From: Patescibacteria group bacterium
GTDB lineage: Bacteria > Patescibacteriota > Minisyncoccia > Moranbacterales > DUUL01
Length of the DNA stretch: 64,000 nucleotides
Direction: 5' to 3'
NCBI GenBank assembly: GCA_034660175.1
Contig: JAYEIQ010000006.1
Coordinates: forward strand, 10,201 to 74,200
Shown here: positions 63,005 to 64,000 of the stretch, piece by piece
Position numbering within the stretch: position 1 is the stretch's first letter
How the letters are laid out: every line of letters starts with the position of its first letter
Position numbers and translations under genes: made by a program
Notes under the pieces: model-generated
What the model saw: only the letters and a program-made list of their open reading frames with translations
Database searches by the model: none
Told to the model about the DNA's origin: nothing

Positions 63005-63469
63005 CTATTTTTTCTTTTCTTCTTTTTTGACTTCTTCCATCCCATTCTTTTTTGCAGGTTTCTTGTTTTCGGTTTTGGTTTCTTTTTTGACTTCTTCAGC
63101 GAACTTTTTCTCATCTTCTGTTATATCAACAGCTTTCATTTTTGCTCCACGTCCTGAGCGCTCTCTCATGTAATAGATCTTTGATCGGCGAACTTTGCTG
63201 TGACGAAGAAGGTCAATTTTCTCGATTGTTGGCAAATGAATAGGGAAGGTTGCTTCAACCCCAACTTTACCTGATTCTCGTCGAACGGTGATTGTTGGTG
63301 AGGAGCTTTGCTTTCCTTTGATTGCAATAATCAAGCCTTTAAAAATCTGGATGCGCTCTTTGTCACCTTCTTGAATTCTTTTGTGAACACGAACAATGTC
63401 CCCAACTCTCAATGTTGGAACTTTGTTTTTTTGTTGCGATTTATTGAAATCAATTATTTTTTGATTCAT
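63005..63469 (-). CDS. rplS: 50S ribosomal protein L19 with a Lys/Glu-rich C-terminal extension
   Basis: VPTLRVGDIVRVHKRIQEGDKERIQIFKGLIIAIKG is the L19 core. A roughly 40-aa KKE-rich tail follows. Confidence 0.9.
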   Translation of the reverse strand: MNQKIIDFNKSQQKNKVPTLRVGDIVRVHKRIQEGDKERIQIFKGLIIAIKGKQSSSPTITVRRESGKVGVEATFPIHLPTIEKIDLLRHSKVRRSKIYYMRERSGRGAKMKAVDITEDEKKFAEEVKKETKTENKKPAKKNGMEEVKKEEKKK

Positions 63470-63620
63470 TTGGACATTTTATAGGTTATCTGTAGAGTAT
63501 AATAAAAATACTTTATCAAGAATATCTCATTTTTTTGTCTGAGTCAAGGCTTTATTTTCGAAAAAATACCTTTCTTGAGGTGATTCGAATTTTTCTTGTT
63601 TCTGTGGTATTATTAAATAG

Positions 63621-63950
63621 TTGAAAGAGGTCTTATCTTCAAACATGAAAAGAAAACAAAAAAAATCAATAGAAACTGAACAAATCATATTTTCTGGTAT
63701 ATTGTTGGCTGTGGGAATTTTTGTGATCTCATTTTTCACTCTCACGATGTTGAGAATTGGAATTGAAGGGAGAGATGACTATATCTTGAAGACTCAAACG
63801 GTTCAAAACAATCCACAGCAGATAACAACAACATCTACATCAACAGGTCGTGGTTCTGCACAAACATTGATTTTTGCTGGTGCTTTAACTTTCAGTGTGT
63901 TAGGTGGAGTGATCTTTCTCGGTTTGAAAATAAACGACAAATATAACTAA
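63621..63950 (+). CDS. Small two-transmembrane hypothetical protein
   Basis: A 109-aa ORF with two hydrophobic helices and a Thr/Ser-rich linker. A terminator hairpin follows at 63971-64000. Confidence 0.35.
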   Translation: MKEVLSSNMKRKQKKSIETEQIIFSGILLAVGIFVISFFTLTMLRIGIEGRDDYILKTQTVQNNPQQITTTSTSTGRGSAQTLIFAGALTFSVLGGVIFLGLKINDKYN

Positions 63951-63970
63951 CACAACATCTTATTTTTTCA

Positions 63971-64000
63971 AAAAGCACTTCTTTCAAGAAGTGCTTTTTT
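63971..64000 (+). terminator. Rho-independent terminator
   Basis: AAGCACTTCTT-TCA-AGAAGTGCTT followed by TTTTTT. Confidence 0.55.

Overview
This is an AT-rich bacterial chromosome segment read under the standard genetic code. TGA acts as a stop, seen in the ATGA overlap at 45138.

The window opens at the replication origin. It has the 3' part of dnaA, an intergenic oriC with at least three consensus DnaA boxes, dnaN, and a DUF721/DciA-like gene.

Small proteins, two Wzy_C paralogs, fused-domain enzymes and 23S rRNA insertions together suggest a Patescibacteria/CPR-like organism. This is an inference.

Housekeeping content: metG, tatD, a GT4 glycosyltransferase, murB, hpf-like, secA, secE-nusG-rplK-rplA-rpmG, rdgB, plsC, gyrA, trpS, guaB, rplS, a CaCA antiporter, a HI0933 flavoprotein and an MBL hydrolase. 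There is a 23S-5S rRNA unit with no 16S in the window, and tRNA-Trp, Pro, Val and Leu.

Accessory content of interest:
- A type-IV-secretion-like cluster at about 4.3-17.2 kb. It has a VirB6-like polytopic protein, a VirB4 ATPase apparently split into an N-domain ORF and an ATPase ORF, small membrane proteins, secreted acidic Ca-binding-repeat proteins, a 955-aa surface protein and a VirB2/TrbC-like pilin.
- A second locus at 45.9-50.3 kb with eight tandem VirB2/TrbC-like pilin paralogs. It includes a near-perfect ~486-bp tandem duplication and one internally duplicated two-domain pilin. It is co-oriented with a lipoprotein solute-binding protein.
- Two large AT-rich insertions in 23S rRNA and a 5S gene embedded in decayed 5S fragment copies.
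- A GC-rich island after tRNA-Trp with a degenerate copy of the tRNA 3' end.
- A duplicated leader motif in front of a small-protein/SPFH operon.
- An unannotated rpmG.

No CRISPR array, transposase or integrase was recognised.
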